Made by a program: the position numbers and the translations under genes. DNA of 64,000 bases. Source: Verrucomicrobiota bacterium. Lineage in GTDB: Bacteria > Verrucomicrobiota > Verrucomicrobiia > Limisphaerales > CANJSG01. The DNA lies in NCBI GenBank assembly GCA_038209745.1, contig JBBQXJ010000004.1, forward strand, positions 1 to 64,000, in the 5' to 3' direction. The notes beneath the pieces are model-generated. The model saw nothing but the letters and a program-made list of their open reading frames with translations, made no database searches and was not told where the DNA came from. Below, piece after piece: positions 31,144-39,886 of this stretch. Position 1 is the first letter of the stretch, and each line of letters begins with the position of its first letter.

Positions 31144-32553
31144 ATGACCCCACGCCTCGTCACCCCCTCGCGCCTCGAAACCCTGCGCAAACACGTCCGA
31201 GAGACGAAGGTCGTCCGCCAGCACGGCCGTGTCGTCCAGCTCATCGGCCTCGTCATCGAGTCCGAAGGCCCCCTCTGTTCCGTCGGTGAAGTCTGCCGCA
31301 TCGAATCCGCGCGGCACGACGGTACCACCCTCGCCGAGGTTGTCGGCTTCCGGAACAACCACGTCCTCCTCATGCCGCTGGGCGAACTCCACGGCATCCA
31401 TCCCGGCAGCGAAGTCGTCGCCCTCGGCGCCCCGCTCCGCGTCTCGGTCGGCGATCATCTGAAAGGGCGTGTCATCGACGGCCTGGGCGAGCCGATGGAC
31501 GGCCTCGGCCCCCTGAACAACGATCTCCAGGTTCCCCTGACCGCCCAGCCGCCGCACCCGCTGAAGCGCCAACGCATCAAGGATTTCTTCCGCACCGGCA
31601 TCAAGGCCATCGACACCTTCACCCCCTGCGGCCGTGGCCAGCGTCTGGGCATTTTCGCCGGCTCCGGCGTCGGCAAGTCCACCTTGCTCGGCATGATCGC
31701 CTCCAAAGCCGAGGCCGACATCAACGTCATCGCGCTCATTGGCGAACGGGGCCGTGAAGTCCGTGAGTTCCTGGAGAAGGACCTCGACGACGAAGGTCGC
31801 AAGAAATCGGTCGTCGTCGTCGCCACCTCCAATCAGCCCGCCATCGCCCGCTTGAAAGGCGCGTTCCTCGCCACCGCCATCGCCGAGCATTTCCGCGACG
31901 CGGGCAAGAACGTCATGCTGATGATGGACTCCGTGACCCGCTTCGCCATGGCCCAGCGCGAGATCGGCCTCGCCGTCGGCGAACCGCCCGCCACCCGGGG
32001 CTATACGCCCTCCGTTTTCTCGCTGCTGCCCCAGCTCCTCGAACGCTCCGGCAACGGCGAAAAGGGTAGCATCACCGCGCTATACACCGTGCTGGTGGAA
32101 GGCGACGATCTGAACGACCCCATCGCCGACTCCGTCCGCTCGATCCTCGACGGCCACATCGTCCTCACCCGCGAATTGGCGACGCAGAACCACTATCCCG
32201 CCATCGACGTCCTCGGCTCCGTCAGCCGTCTCGTACGCGACCTGACCACGCCGGAGCAACAGGAACTCTCCGGCAAGGCGCGCGACCTGATGGCCACCTA
32301 CAGGAGGAACGAGGATCTGATCAACATCGGCGCCTACCAGACCGGCACCAGCCCGACGATCGACGCTTCCATCCGCCTCCACGAACCCCTGAAACAGTTC
32401 CTGCGGCAGAAGATCGACGAAGGATTCAACGAGAAGCAGAGCTGGGAAATGCTGACCAACGTCATGGCCCAAGAAGCCGCCCCTCCGCCCGGCCCCGCCA
32501 AACCCCAACCCGGCTCCGTCGCTCCCGTCCAGTCCGCCCGCCCGCCCAGATAA
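31144..32553 (+). CDS. fliI: Flagellar export ATPase FliI
   Basis: GQRLGIFAGSGVGKS, IGERGREVREF, GEPPATRGYTPSVF, SILDGHIVL; follows fliH. Confidence 0.95.
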   Translation: MTPRLVTPSRLETLRKHVRETKVVRQHGRVVQLIGLVIESEGPLCSVGEVCRIESARHDGTTLAEVVGFRNNHVLLMPLGELHGIHPGSEVVALGAPLRVSVGDHLKGRVIDGLGEPMDGLGPLNNDLQVPLTAQPPHPLKRQRIKDFFRTGIKAIDTFTPCGRGQRLGIFAGSGVGKSTLLGMIASKAEADINVIALIGERGREVREFLEKDLDDEGRKKSVVVVATSNQPAIARLKGAFLATAIAEHFRDAGKNVMLMMDSVTRFAMAQREIGLAVGEPPATRGYTPSVFSLLPQLLERSGNGEKGSITALYTVLVEGDDLNDPIADSVRSILDGHIVLTRELATQNHYPAIDVLGSVSRLVRDLTTPEQQELSGKARDLMATYRRNEDLINIGAYQTGTSPTIDASIRLHEPLKQFLRQKIDEGFNEKQSWEMLTNVMAQEAAPPPGPAKPQPGSVAPVQSARPPR

Positions 32554-32596
32554 GAGCCTATCCGGATCATCCCTTATCCGACCGTAAAAAGAGCCT

Positions 32597-32620
32597 GCCC
32601 GGTTAGAAGACCGGGCCTAC
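32597..32620 (-). repeat. GTAG-type REP-like palindrome
   Basis: Minus strand GTAG-GCCCGGT-CTTCTA-ACCGGGC. Confidence 0.7.
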
Positions 32621-32745
32621 CAGGACGGCAGCCCGTTTTAGCGGCTTGTCCGGAGGTGCCGCAGCGCTCGCCCTCCGGCCAATTGCTGGCCCGGATTCGC
32701 CGTGCGGAAGGTGGGCGTTGGCTGCGTGACTGTGGGCGATCCGAA

Positions 32746-32827
32746 AACAGCGAACGCCCAACATTCAAAGCCCAACATTGAACGGAGACACCGGGCGTCA
32801 TTCGAGGTTGGTGGTTGGCGGTTGAAT
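32746..32827. repeat. Inverted arrays of AAC.../GTT... heptamers
   Basis: AACAGCG AACGCCC AACATTC AAAGCCC AACATTG AAC ... ATTCGAG GTTGGTG GTTGGCG GTTGAAT. Confidence 0.7.
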
Positions 32828-32847
32828 CTTTCCCAGTTCCCAAACCC

Positions 32848-32950
32848 ACCCGAAGGGTTGGCATCCATTGGCCGGGGGGTTGAGGAGTGCCCAGCCCGAC
32901 GACACCCCCGGTTCGCAGCGCCATTCCGGACGACCCTGACGGGGTCGCAG
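32848..32950. repeat. Composite palindromic element with several hairpins
   Basis: ACCCGAAGGGT, CCGGGGG...CCCCCGG and CGACCC-TGACG-GGGTCG. Confidence 0.5.
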
Positions 32951-32991
32951 CCCGGCGGCGAAGCTCCGCCCTGCTGACATCGCTACCGCTT

Positions 32992-33015
32992 GTAGGCCGG
33001 GTTCCCCAACCCGGC
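32992..33015 (+). repeat. GTAG-type REP-like palindrome
   Basis: GTAG-GCCGGGTT-CCCC-AACCCGGC. Confidence 0.75.
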
Positions 33016-33104
33016 GGCCGTCCTCCTTACCGTGTGGCCAATTATCCGGATAGGCTCTCCGCCGGAACCATGCTGTGACACCCGGTCCTCCCTCATCCGT
33101 CGAG

Positions 33105-33317
33105 CGGACTCCACCGCCCCCAGCTCGTGCCGATGCCGCTTCCCGATGCAGGCGAAGAGCCGCCGGATCCACTGGAGATACGTCTCCTCCGTCCGCAGGG
33201 CCAAGTGGCGAAACCACATCACCTCCCGGCGCGAGTCGCCAGTTTCGGGTTCGGGTTCGGCTCGATGCTCTCCAGCGGTTCACGTCTCGAAGACCAGGGT
33301 TTCGCGGAACGTTCCAT
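33105..33317 (-). pseudogene. intI: Frameshifted N-terminal fragment of an integron-type tyrosine integrase
   Basis: Two frames join as ...EPNPNPKL / REVMWFRHLALRTEETYLQWIRRLFACIGKRHRHELGAVE, resembling IntI N-termini (REVMRxxHYSxRTExxYxxWIRRFxxFHGKRHPxELG); no catalytic domain follows. Confidence 0.75.
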
Positions 33318-33845
33318 GCATGTCCAAACTCGCGGCTCACCAGATCAGATGAATAGGCGGAGACCCGTCCTTCTTCAGGGCCGACGCATCGAAACTAGGT
33401 CGCTTCATCCGCTGCCCCACGGTTGGCCTTTGGAGCCGCCGAACCCACGATTCTGGACACGTCTGCACCGTGATCGGACGCGACGGGACCCACTCTTCCG
33501 GCTGGAACAAACACCCCCACGGAACGCTCTCAAGCATTGTGTGGAAACTCCGATGTCGGGGGTGAAAGTCATGCTGGAACCGCATCTCCAACCGAATCCC
33601 GAGCGGCCACCGATGGTGGCGAATCTCTTCCACCCCTTCCGGCCGCTGTTGCTGTCGCGCTGGGTGGAGGATGCTTTCGAAGTGGATGTGCGCCAAAGCC
33701 CCCGGTCCAAGGCCGTGCGGGCAAGTTCCAAGGGTCCCCGCAAGTCTTCCCCCAAGGTCTGAACGCCGCTGCCCGGGGGCGTTTGGTCCGTCTTCCGAGA
33801 ATAAACCTGTTCATCCAGGCCGGGGCCGGAAGAATTCGCGGCCGA

Positions 33846-36548
33846 ATGGCCGGTTCCGAACCTCAATTGACGCCCATGATGGCGCAGTATCGCCGCATCA
33901 AGGGCGAGCTGCCCCAGGACGCCCTCCTGCTCTTCCGCCTGGGCGACTTCTACGAGATGTTCTTCGAGGACGCTCAGGAAGGCTCCCGCATCCTCAACGT
34001 CGCGCTCACGAAACGCGGGGTGGTGCCGATGTGCGGTATTCCCCATCACGCGGCCAACGGCTACATCGCCCGCATCCTTCGCGCCGGCCGCAAGGTGGCC
34101 ATCTGCGACCAGGTCGAGGAGGCCAAGCCGGGTCAACTGGTCAAACGCGAGGTCACCCAGATCCTCAGTCCCGGCACGCATTTCGACGAACGGATGCTCG
34201 CGGCCGAGCGGAACAACTACCTCGCCGCCGTCCACGCCTCCGGCAAACGCTTCGGCCTCGCGCTGGTCGATCTGACCACGAGCGACTTCAAGGTCACGGA
34301 GATCGAGGGGGAGGCCGCCTTGATGACCGAGCTGGAGCGCGTGCGCCCGGCCGAGATCGTCTACCCGGCGGAGAACGCTTCGCTGAAGGCGCTCCTCGCC
34401 GCCGGGCAGTCGATCATCACGGGCTACGACGACTGGACCTTCGCTCCGGAAACGGCCGTCTTCACCGTGCGCGAGCAGTTCAAGGTGGCGTCGCTCGACG
34501 GCTTCGGACTGAAGGACCACCCCGTCGCCACGGGCGCGGCCGGCGCAGTGCTGCACTACCTCAGCCAGAATCTTCGCCGCGATGTCTCGCCGCTGACCCG
34601 GCTGCAATTCTACGAGCGCCTCGACTTCCTCGCGCTCGACGGGATCGCCCTGCGCAACCTCGAAGTGCTGGAGCCGCAGCGCCGCGACGCCGCCCGCAAT
34701 ACCAGTCTCTACGGCGCGCTCAACCGCACCGTCACCCCGATGGGTGCGCGCCGCCTGCGTGATTGGCTTTCGCAGCCACTCTCCAGCGTGGACGCCATCG
34801 AGCGCCGCCAAGAGGCGGTGGGCGCATGGCTGAACGCGCCCGAGGCGATGGAGCAGTTCCGCCTCAGCTTGAAAGAAGTCCGCGACATGGAGCGGACGAT
34901 CAGCCGGCTGGCCTTCGGCTCCGGCAATGCCCGGGATCTGCTGGCCCTGCGCATGGCCATGGAAAGGCTTCCCGAGTTGCGGGCAATGGTCGCCTCGGTA
35001 GGCCGGGCATCCCTGCCCGGCGAGTCGGGATTGGAGGACAGTGGGTCGCCGAAAACGGAGGATGCCGATGTGCCGGGCACGAATGCCCGGCCTAAGTTGC
35101 TCTCCGACCTCGGCGCCCAGGTCGTGGAGATGCCCGATCTCGTCGAGCTGATCGCCCGCGCCATCACCGACGAACCGCCGCTCGCGCTGAAAGAGGGGGG
35201 CCTGATCCGCGACGGCTTCGACACGTCGCTCGATGAACTCCGCGACGCCACGCGCGGCGGCAAGGACTGGATCGCCCAGCTCCAGCAGCGCGAGATCGAG
35301 CGCACCGGCATCGCCTCGCTCAAGGTCCGCTTCACCTCCGTCTTCGGCTACTTCATCGAGATCACCCGGTCGAACCTCGACAAGGTCCCGCCCGAATACG
35401 TCCGCAAACAGACCGTCTCCAACGGCGAACGTTTCATCACGCCCGAGCTGAAGGAAATGGAGGGCAAGATCCTCGGGGCCGAGGAACGGGCCACCAAGCT
35501 GGAGTTCGAGCTCTTCCAGCACGTCCGCGAAACCGTCCTCGGCCAGCTCAAGGTCATCCAGACCAGCGCCGCCGCCTTGGCGCAGCTCGATGTGCTCGGA
35601 TCCTTTGCCGAGACCGCGCGGCTTTACGACTACTGCCGTCCCGAGATCGGCGACGAAGGCTTGCTGGAGATCACCGACGGTCGCCATCCCGTGCTGGAGC
35701 AGCACCAGACCGAAGGCCGTTTCGTGCCGAACGACGCCACGCTGGAAGCCGCGCCGCCAGTGGCACAGACGCCCCTGTCTGTGTCAGTCCCGCAGGCGCC
35801 TCCGCCTGCCGGACCCCAGATCGCCCTCATCACCGGTCCGAACATGGCGGGAAAGAGCACCTACATCCGCCAAGTCGCCTTGCTCGCGCTGTTGGCCCAC
35901 ACCGGTTCGTTCATTCCCGCCAGGCAGGCCCGCATCGATCTCGTGGACCGCATCTTCACCCGCATCGGCGCCAGCGACGACCTCGCGCGCGGCCAGTCCA
36001 CCTTCATGGTGGAGATGACGGAGACGGCCAACATCCTGAACAACGCCACCCGCCGCAGCCTGATCATCCTCGACGAGATCGGTCGCGGCACGAGCACCTT
36101 CGACGGACTCAGCCTCGCTTGGTCGATCGTCGAGCACCTGCACCATCAGGTCGGCGCCCGCACGCTCTTCGCCACGCACTACCACGAGCTCACAGAGCTG
36201 GCCGGCCGGTTGCCGCGCATGAAGAACTTCAACGTCGCCGTGCGCGAGTGGAACGACCAGATCGTCTTCCTCCACAAGATCGTCGAAGGCGGCGCGGACA
36301 AGAGCTACGGCATCCAGGTCGCCCGCCTCGCCGGCACACCCAAATCCGTCATCGACCGCGCCAAGGAAATCCTGCGCGTCCTCGAAGAAGCCGAGCTGAA
36401 CCTCCAGCACGTGTTGGACGAGGAAAACGGAACGGATGCCGGATCCCCGATCCCCGATGCCGGCAAGGCGGAGAAGAGGCGCCAACGGCCCGAGCGGCGG
36501 GCGTTGAAGAATCTGGCGCTCTCGGCGCAGATGGATTTGTTCGCCTAA
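33846..36548 (+). CDS. mutS: DNA mismatch repair protein MutS, with short repeat-derived insertions
   Basis: LTPMMAQY, FRLGDFYEMF, TGPNMAGKSTY, STFMVEM, DEIGRGTST, FATHYHEL, SYGIQVARLAG; C-terminal beta-clamp-like motif QMDLF. Confidence 0.98.
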   Translation: MAGSEPQLTPMMAQYRRIKGELPQDALLLFRLGDFYEMFFEDAQEGSRILNVALTKRGVVPMCGIPHHAANGYIARILRAGRKVAICDQVEEAKPGQLVKREVTQILSPGTHFDERMLAAERNNYLAAVHASGKRFGLALVDLTTSDFKVTEIEGEAALMTELERVRPAEIVYPAENASLKALLAAGQSIITGYDDWTFAPETAVFTVREQFKVASLDGFGLKDHPVATGAAGAVLHYLSQNLRRDVSPLTRLQFYERLDFLALDGIALRNLEVLEPQRRDAARNTSLYGALNRTVTPMGARRLRDWLSQPLSSVDAIERRQEAVGAWLNAPEAMEQFRLSLKEVRDMERTISRLAFGSGNARDLLALRMAMERLPELRAMVASVGRASLPGESGLEDSGSPKTEDADVPGTNARPKLLSDLGAQVVEMPDLVELIARAITDEPPLALKEGGLIRDGFDTSLDELRDATRGGKDWIAQLQQREIERTGIASLKVRFTSVFGYFIEITRSNLDKVPPEYVRKQTVSNGERFITPELKEMEGKILGAEERATKLEFELFQHVRETVLGQLKVIQTSAAALAQLDVLGSFAETARLYDYCRPEIGDEGLLEITDGRHPVLEQHQTEGRFVPNDATLEAAPPVAQTPLSVSVPQAPPPAGPQIALITGPNMAGKSTYIRQVALLALLAHTGSFIPARQARIDLVDRIFTRIGASDDLARGQSTFMVEMTETANILNNATRRSLIILDEIGRGTSTFDGLSLAWSIVEHLHHQVGARTLFATHYHELTELAGRLPRMKNFNVAVREWNDQIVFLHKIVEGGADKSYGIQVARLAGTPKSVIDRAKEILRVLEEAELNLQHVLDEENGTDAGSPIPDAGKAEKRRQRPERRALKNLALSAQMDLFA
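34998..35095. repeat. Inverted REP doublet (REPIN-like) in frame inside mutS
   Basis: GTAG-GCCGGGCA-TCCC-TGCCCGGC, 50-nt spacer, inverted copy GCCGGGCA-CGAA-TGCCCGGC-CTAA; encodes VGRASLPGESG...VPGTNARPK. Confidence 0.85.
35760..35809 (+). repeat. Two tandem REP-like hairpins in frame inside mutS
   Basis: GTGG-CACAGAC-GCCCCT-GTCTGTG and GCAGGCG-CCTC-CGCCTGC; encode VAQTPLSVSVPQAPPPA just before the Walker A strand. Confidence 0.7.
36433..36463 (+). repeat. Heptamer tandem repeat in the mutS C-terminal linker
   Basis: CGGATGC CGGATCC CCGATCC CCGATGC CGG. Confidence 0.65.
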
Positions 36549-36627
36549 CGCCCCCAAAAATAGCCGTCACCAAGCTGTCACTTGGAACTTCTTGCCGAAG
36601 GCCGGCGCAGAACACTCTTCTGGCGCA

Positions 36628-39318
36628 ATGACGCGCTCAATTGTCCGAAGTTTCTGGATCGTTCCTACACTGGCCTTGATCGCGGGTTGCAGCTCCTCCG
36701 GTCCGGTTCCGTCGGTCATCACCTCTTCGGAACAGGTCGGTCGTGGATCGCCCGGCCACATCGTCACCCCGGTCAACCAGACGCTGACCCCCTTCGGCCG
36801 GGTCGTGGAACTGCCCGGCCTGCGGCCCCAGGCATTGGCCCTGTCGCCCGACGGCCGGATCCTCGTGGCTTCGGGCAAGACCAGCGAACTCGTGGTGCTC
36901 GATCCCGTCAGCGGCGCCATTCGCCAGCGGGTCGCGCTCCCGAGCAACGACCAGAACGAGCCCGTGCCCGACGTGGTTTCACCGAACATCCTGGAGCCGG
37001 ACAAAAAGGGGCAGGTCAGCTACACGGGTCTCATCTTCTCCCCCGACGGCCGCCGGATTTATCTGAGCAACGTCAACGGCAACATCAAGATCTTCACGGT
37101 GGACGGGGACGGCACCGTCAAACCGTCCCACACCTTTCCCCTGCCGCCGGCCAATGCGCCGCGCCGCAAGGACGAGATCCCCAGCGGACTGGCCCTCTCG
37201 AAAGACGGTTCACGGCTCTACGTCTGCGCCAACCTTTCCAACCAGTTGCTCGTGCTCGACACGGCCAGCGGCAAAGTGGTCCAGAGCTATCCCGTGGGCG
37301 CCGCGCCCTATGATGTGCGGCTCGTGGGAAACAAGGCCTATGTGAGCAACTGGGCCGGCCGCCGCCCCGGCGCCGGCGATCTGACCGGCCCGATCGGCCG
37401 CGGCACCATCGCGCGGGTCGATCCCGTGAAGTTCATCGCCAGCGAAGGTTCGGTCAGCGTGATCGACCTCAAATCAAGCCAGCCAAAGACGGAAATCGTC
37501 ACCGGGCTGCACGCCAGCGCCCTGGCCGTTTCGCCCAACGGCCGCTACCTGGTCTGCGCCAATGCCGCCGCCGACAACCTCAGCGTGATCGACACCCGCA
37601 CCGACACCGTCGTCGAGACCATCTGGATGAAGCCGAAGCCCAGCGATCTCTTCGGCGCTTCGCCGAACGCGCTGACCTTCGACCGTTCGGGCAAGACGCT
37701 CTACGTGGCCAACGGCACGCAGAACGCCGTCGGCGTGGTCCAGTTCGATCCGGCCGACCGCGAATCCAAGCTGGTCGGTTTGATCCCCGTGGGCTGGTTC
37801 CCCGGCGCCCTGGTCTTTGACGCGGCCCGCAAGCAGGTCTACGCGGCGAACATCAAGGGGATTCCTGTCGCGAAGGGCAAAGGCGAGAACGGCAATCCGG
37901 GCTTCAACACCCACCAGTATTCCGGCTCCGTGTCGCTCGTGCCGATCCCCTCGAAGAAGGATCTTCCAAAGCTCTCGGAAACCGTGTGGCGCAATCTGCG
38001 CCGCGAAGCCATCGCCCAGTCGGCCCTCAAGCCCCGTGCCGACCAACCGCCGCGCGTCGTGCCCGAGCGGATCGGCGAACCCAGCCGGATCAAGCACGTG
38101 GTCTACGTCATCAAAGAGAACCGCACCTACGACCAGGTGCTCGGCGACATGAAGGAAGGCAACGGCGCGCCGGAGCTGTGCATCTTCGGCGAACACGTCA
38201 CCCCCAATCAGCACAAGTTCTGCCGCGACTTTGTCCTGCTCGACAACACCTACTGCGCCGGGATTCTCAGCGCCGACGGCCATCAATGGAGCACCACCGC
38301 GTTCGGCACCGACTACATGGAGAAGAGCTTCGCCGGATTCCCGCGCAGCTATCCCGACGGCATGGGCGTGGACGAGGACGACGCGCTGGCCTACTCGCCG
38401 GCCGGCTTCATCTGGGACAACGCGCTCAAGCACGGCGTCTCGATCCGCAACTACGGGGAGTTCATGGCGCCTTCGGTCCACTGGAAGGACGGCCGGAAAG
38501 ATACCCCCGACTTCCTGACCTGCTATCGCACGTGGAAGGGCGAGAGCGACGAAGCCGTCTTCTCCAGCTACCCGATGGTCGAGTCTCTCGGGGCCTTTTC
38601 CCCGACCAACTACGTGGGCTGGGAGATGAACGTGCCCGACCAGTTCCGGGCGGACTTCATCCTGAAGGAGCTGAAGGAATTCGGGGCCAAGGGCGAGTTC
38701 CCGGCCCTGACCATCATCTGCCTGCCGAACGACCACACCAGCGGCACGGGCCGGGGAGCCCCGACGCCGGCCGCATTGGTCGCGGACAACGACCTCGCCT
38801 TCGGCCGCATCGTCGAGGCGCTCAGCCACAGCCCGTTTTGGAAGGAGATGGCGATCTTCGGCATCGAGGACGATCCGCAGGCCGGCTGGGACCACGTCAG
38901 CGGCTACCGCACGACCGCCTACGTCATCAGCCCCTACGCCAAGCGCAACCAGGTGGTGAGCACCCAGTACAACACCACCAGTGTGCTGCGAACGATGGAG
39001 CAGATCCTGGGAATGCCGCCAATGAACCAGTTCGACGCCAGCGCCACCCCGATGAGCAACTGCTTCACCGAGACGCCCGACTTCGCGCCCTACACCGCGT
39101 TGGCGAACAACGTCCCGCTCGACCAGATGAACCCCGATCCCAAAGCCATCAACGATCCGGTGATCCGCCGCGACGCGCTCGCCTCGGCCCGGATGAACTT
39201 CCGTGAAGTGGACCGTGCTCCGGAAGACCAGTTGAACCGCATCCTCTGGCGGGCCATGCGCGGCAGCCAAGTGCCCTATCCCGAGTGGGCCATTACGGCC
39301 GGTGCGGACGACGATTAG
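36628..39318 (+). CDS. Lipoprotein: YncE/YVTN beta-propeller fused to an alkaline phosphatase-like (phosphoesterase) domain
   Basis: Lipobox LIAGC; repeated SPDG / LYV.N blades; KHVVYVIKENRTYDQVLGD, SADGHQW, LPNDHT, EDDPQAGWDHV. Confidence 0.9.
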   Translation: MTRSIVRSFWIVPTLALIAGCSSSGPVPSVITSSEQVGRGSPGHIVTPVNQTLTPFGRVVELPGLRPQALALSPDGRILVASGKTSELVVLDPVSGAIRQRVALPSNDQNEPVPDVVSPNILEPDKKGQVSYTGLIFSPDGRRIYLSNVNGNIKIFTVDGDGTVKPSHTFPLPPANAPRRKDEIPSGLALSKDGSRLYVCANLSNQLLVLDTASGKVVQSYPVGAAPYDVRLVGNKAYVSNWAGRRPGAGDLTGPIGRGTIARVDPVKFIASEGSVSVIDLKSSQPKTEIVTGLHASALAVSPNGRYLVCANAAADNLSVIDTRTDTVVETIWMKPKPSDLFGASPNALTFDRSGKTLYVANGTQNAVGVVQFDPADRESKLVGLIPVGWFPGALVFDAARKQVYAANIKGIPVAKGKGENGNPGFNTHQYSGSVSLVPIPSKKDLPKLSETVWRNLRREAIAQSALKPRADQPPRVVPERIGEPSRIKHVVYVIKENRTYDQVLGDMKEGNGAPELCIFGEHVTPNQHKFCRDFVLLDNTYCAGILSADGHQWSTTAFGTDYMEKSFAGFPRSYPDGMGVDEDDALAYSPAGFIWDNALKHGVSIRNYGEFMAPSVHWKDGRKDTPDFLTCYRTWKGESDEAVFSSYPMVESLGAFSPTNYVGWEMNVPDQFRADFILKELKEFGAKGEFPALTIICLPNDHTSGTGRGAPTPAALVADNDLAFGRIVEALSHSPFWKEMAIFGIEDDPQAGWDHVSGYRTTAYVISPYAKRNQVVSTQYNTTSVLRTMEQILGMPPMNQFDASATPMSNCFTETPDFAPYTALANNVPLDQMNPDPKAINDPVIRRDALASARMNFREVDRAPEDQLNRILWRAMRGSQVPYPEWAITAGADDD

Positions 39319-39333
39319 AACCGGACCCGTCGT

Positions 39334-39831
39334 TCAGACGAGTTTCTCCAGATAGACCACGTCGAGCCAGCGGTCGAACTTGTAGCCGACCTTCTTGAAG
39401 TGGCCGACCCTCTCGAAGCCGTGCTGCTCGTGCAGGCGGATGCTGGCGGCGTTCTCGGCATCGATGGCCGCGATGACCGCGACGAGGTTCAATTCCCGGG
39501 CAGACGCGACGAGTGCGGCCAACACACGTCCTCCGATCCCCTGCCTCTGGGCCGAAGGACGGACATACACGGAATTCTCCACCGTGAAGCGGAACCCCTT
39601 CCGGTCGTGGAACCGGCTCAGCGAGCCCCAGCCCAGCACCGCTCCGGTATCGTCCACGGCCACGAGCACCGGGAGTCCTGCGGCCATGTGCTCCTCCAAC
39701 CATCCGGCTTGGCGATCCATCGACCGGGGTTCGTAGTCGTAGGACGCCGTCGTGTTCAGAACCGCCTCGTTGTAGATCTCGAGGATCGCCGGCAGGTCAT
39801 CGCTATGAGCAGGACGGACTAGGAACTTCAT
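39334..39831 (-). CDS. GNAT N-acetyltransferase (phosphinothricin acetyltransferase/YncA family)
   Basis: IYNEAVLNTTAS, TVENSVYV, QRQGIG, NAASIRLHE, VGYKFDRWLD. Confidence 0.93.
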   Translation of the reverse strand: MKFLVRPAHSDDLPAILEIYNEAVLNTTASYDYEPRSMDRQAGWLEEHMAAGLPVLVAVDDTGAVLGWGSLSRFHDRKGFRFTVENSVYVRPSAQRQGIGGRVLAALVASARELNLVAVIAAIDAENAASIRLHEQHGFERVGHFKKVGYKFDRWLDVVYLEKLV

Positions 39832-39886
39832 GGTTTGGCGGATGACAAAACGGACCGGGCGGATTGTCGAGCGGAGAGCTTGTTCG

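Noticed and set aside
26516..32553. Non-flagellar type III secretion system (injectisome)
   Set aside because: FlgB, FlgC, FliE and full-length FliF/FliG are flagellum-specific; no secretin or needle genes are present.
32626..32712. Peptide VPQRSPSGQLLARIRRAE resembling the C-terminus of type I restriction S subunits
   Set aside because: Only about 18 codons of weak similarity and no supporting ORF; cannot be told from chance without a search.
32746..32950. Possible CRISPR array
   Set aside because: Units are 7-nt tandem or palindromic, with no 23-47-nt direct repeats separated by unique spacers and no cas genes.
33318..33845. Short ORFs, attI site or LexA box upstream of the integrase remnant
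   Set aside because: The ORFs lack coding-like codon bias or motifs, and no convincing attI or SOS-box palindrome could be identified by eye.
33537..33845. 103-aa N-terminal extension of MutS in the ORF track (similar extensions for atpD, atpB, DsbD-like, gltB, flgC)
   Set aside because: Artefact of taking the most upstream start; homology begins at downstream ATGs, which were used instead.
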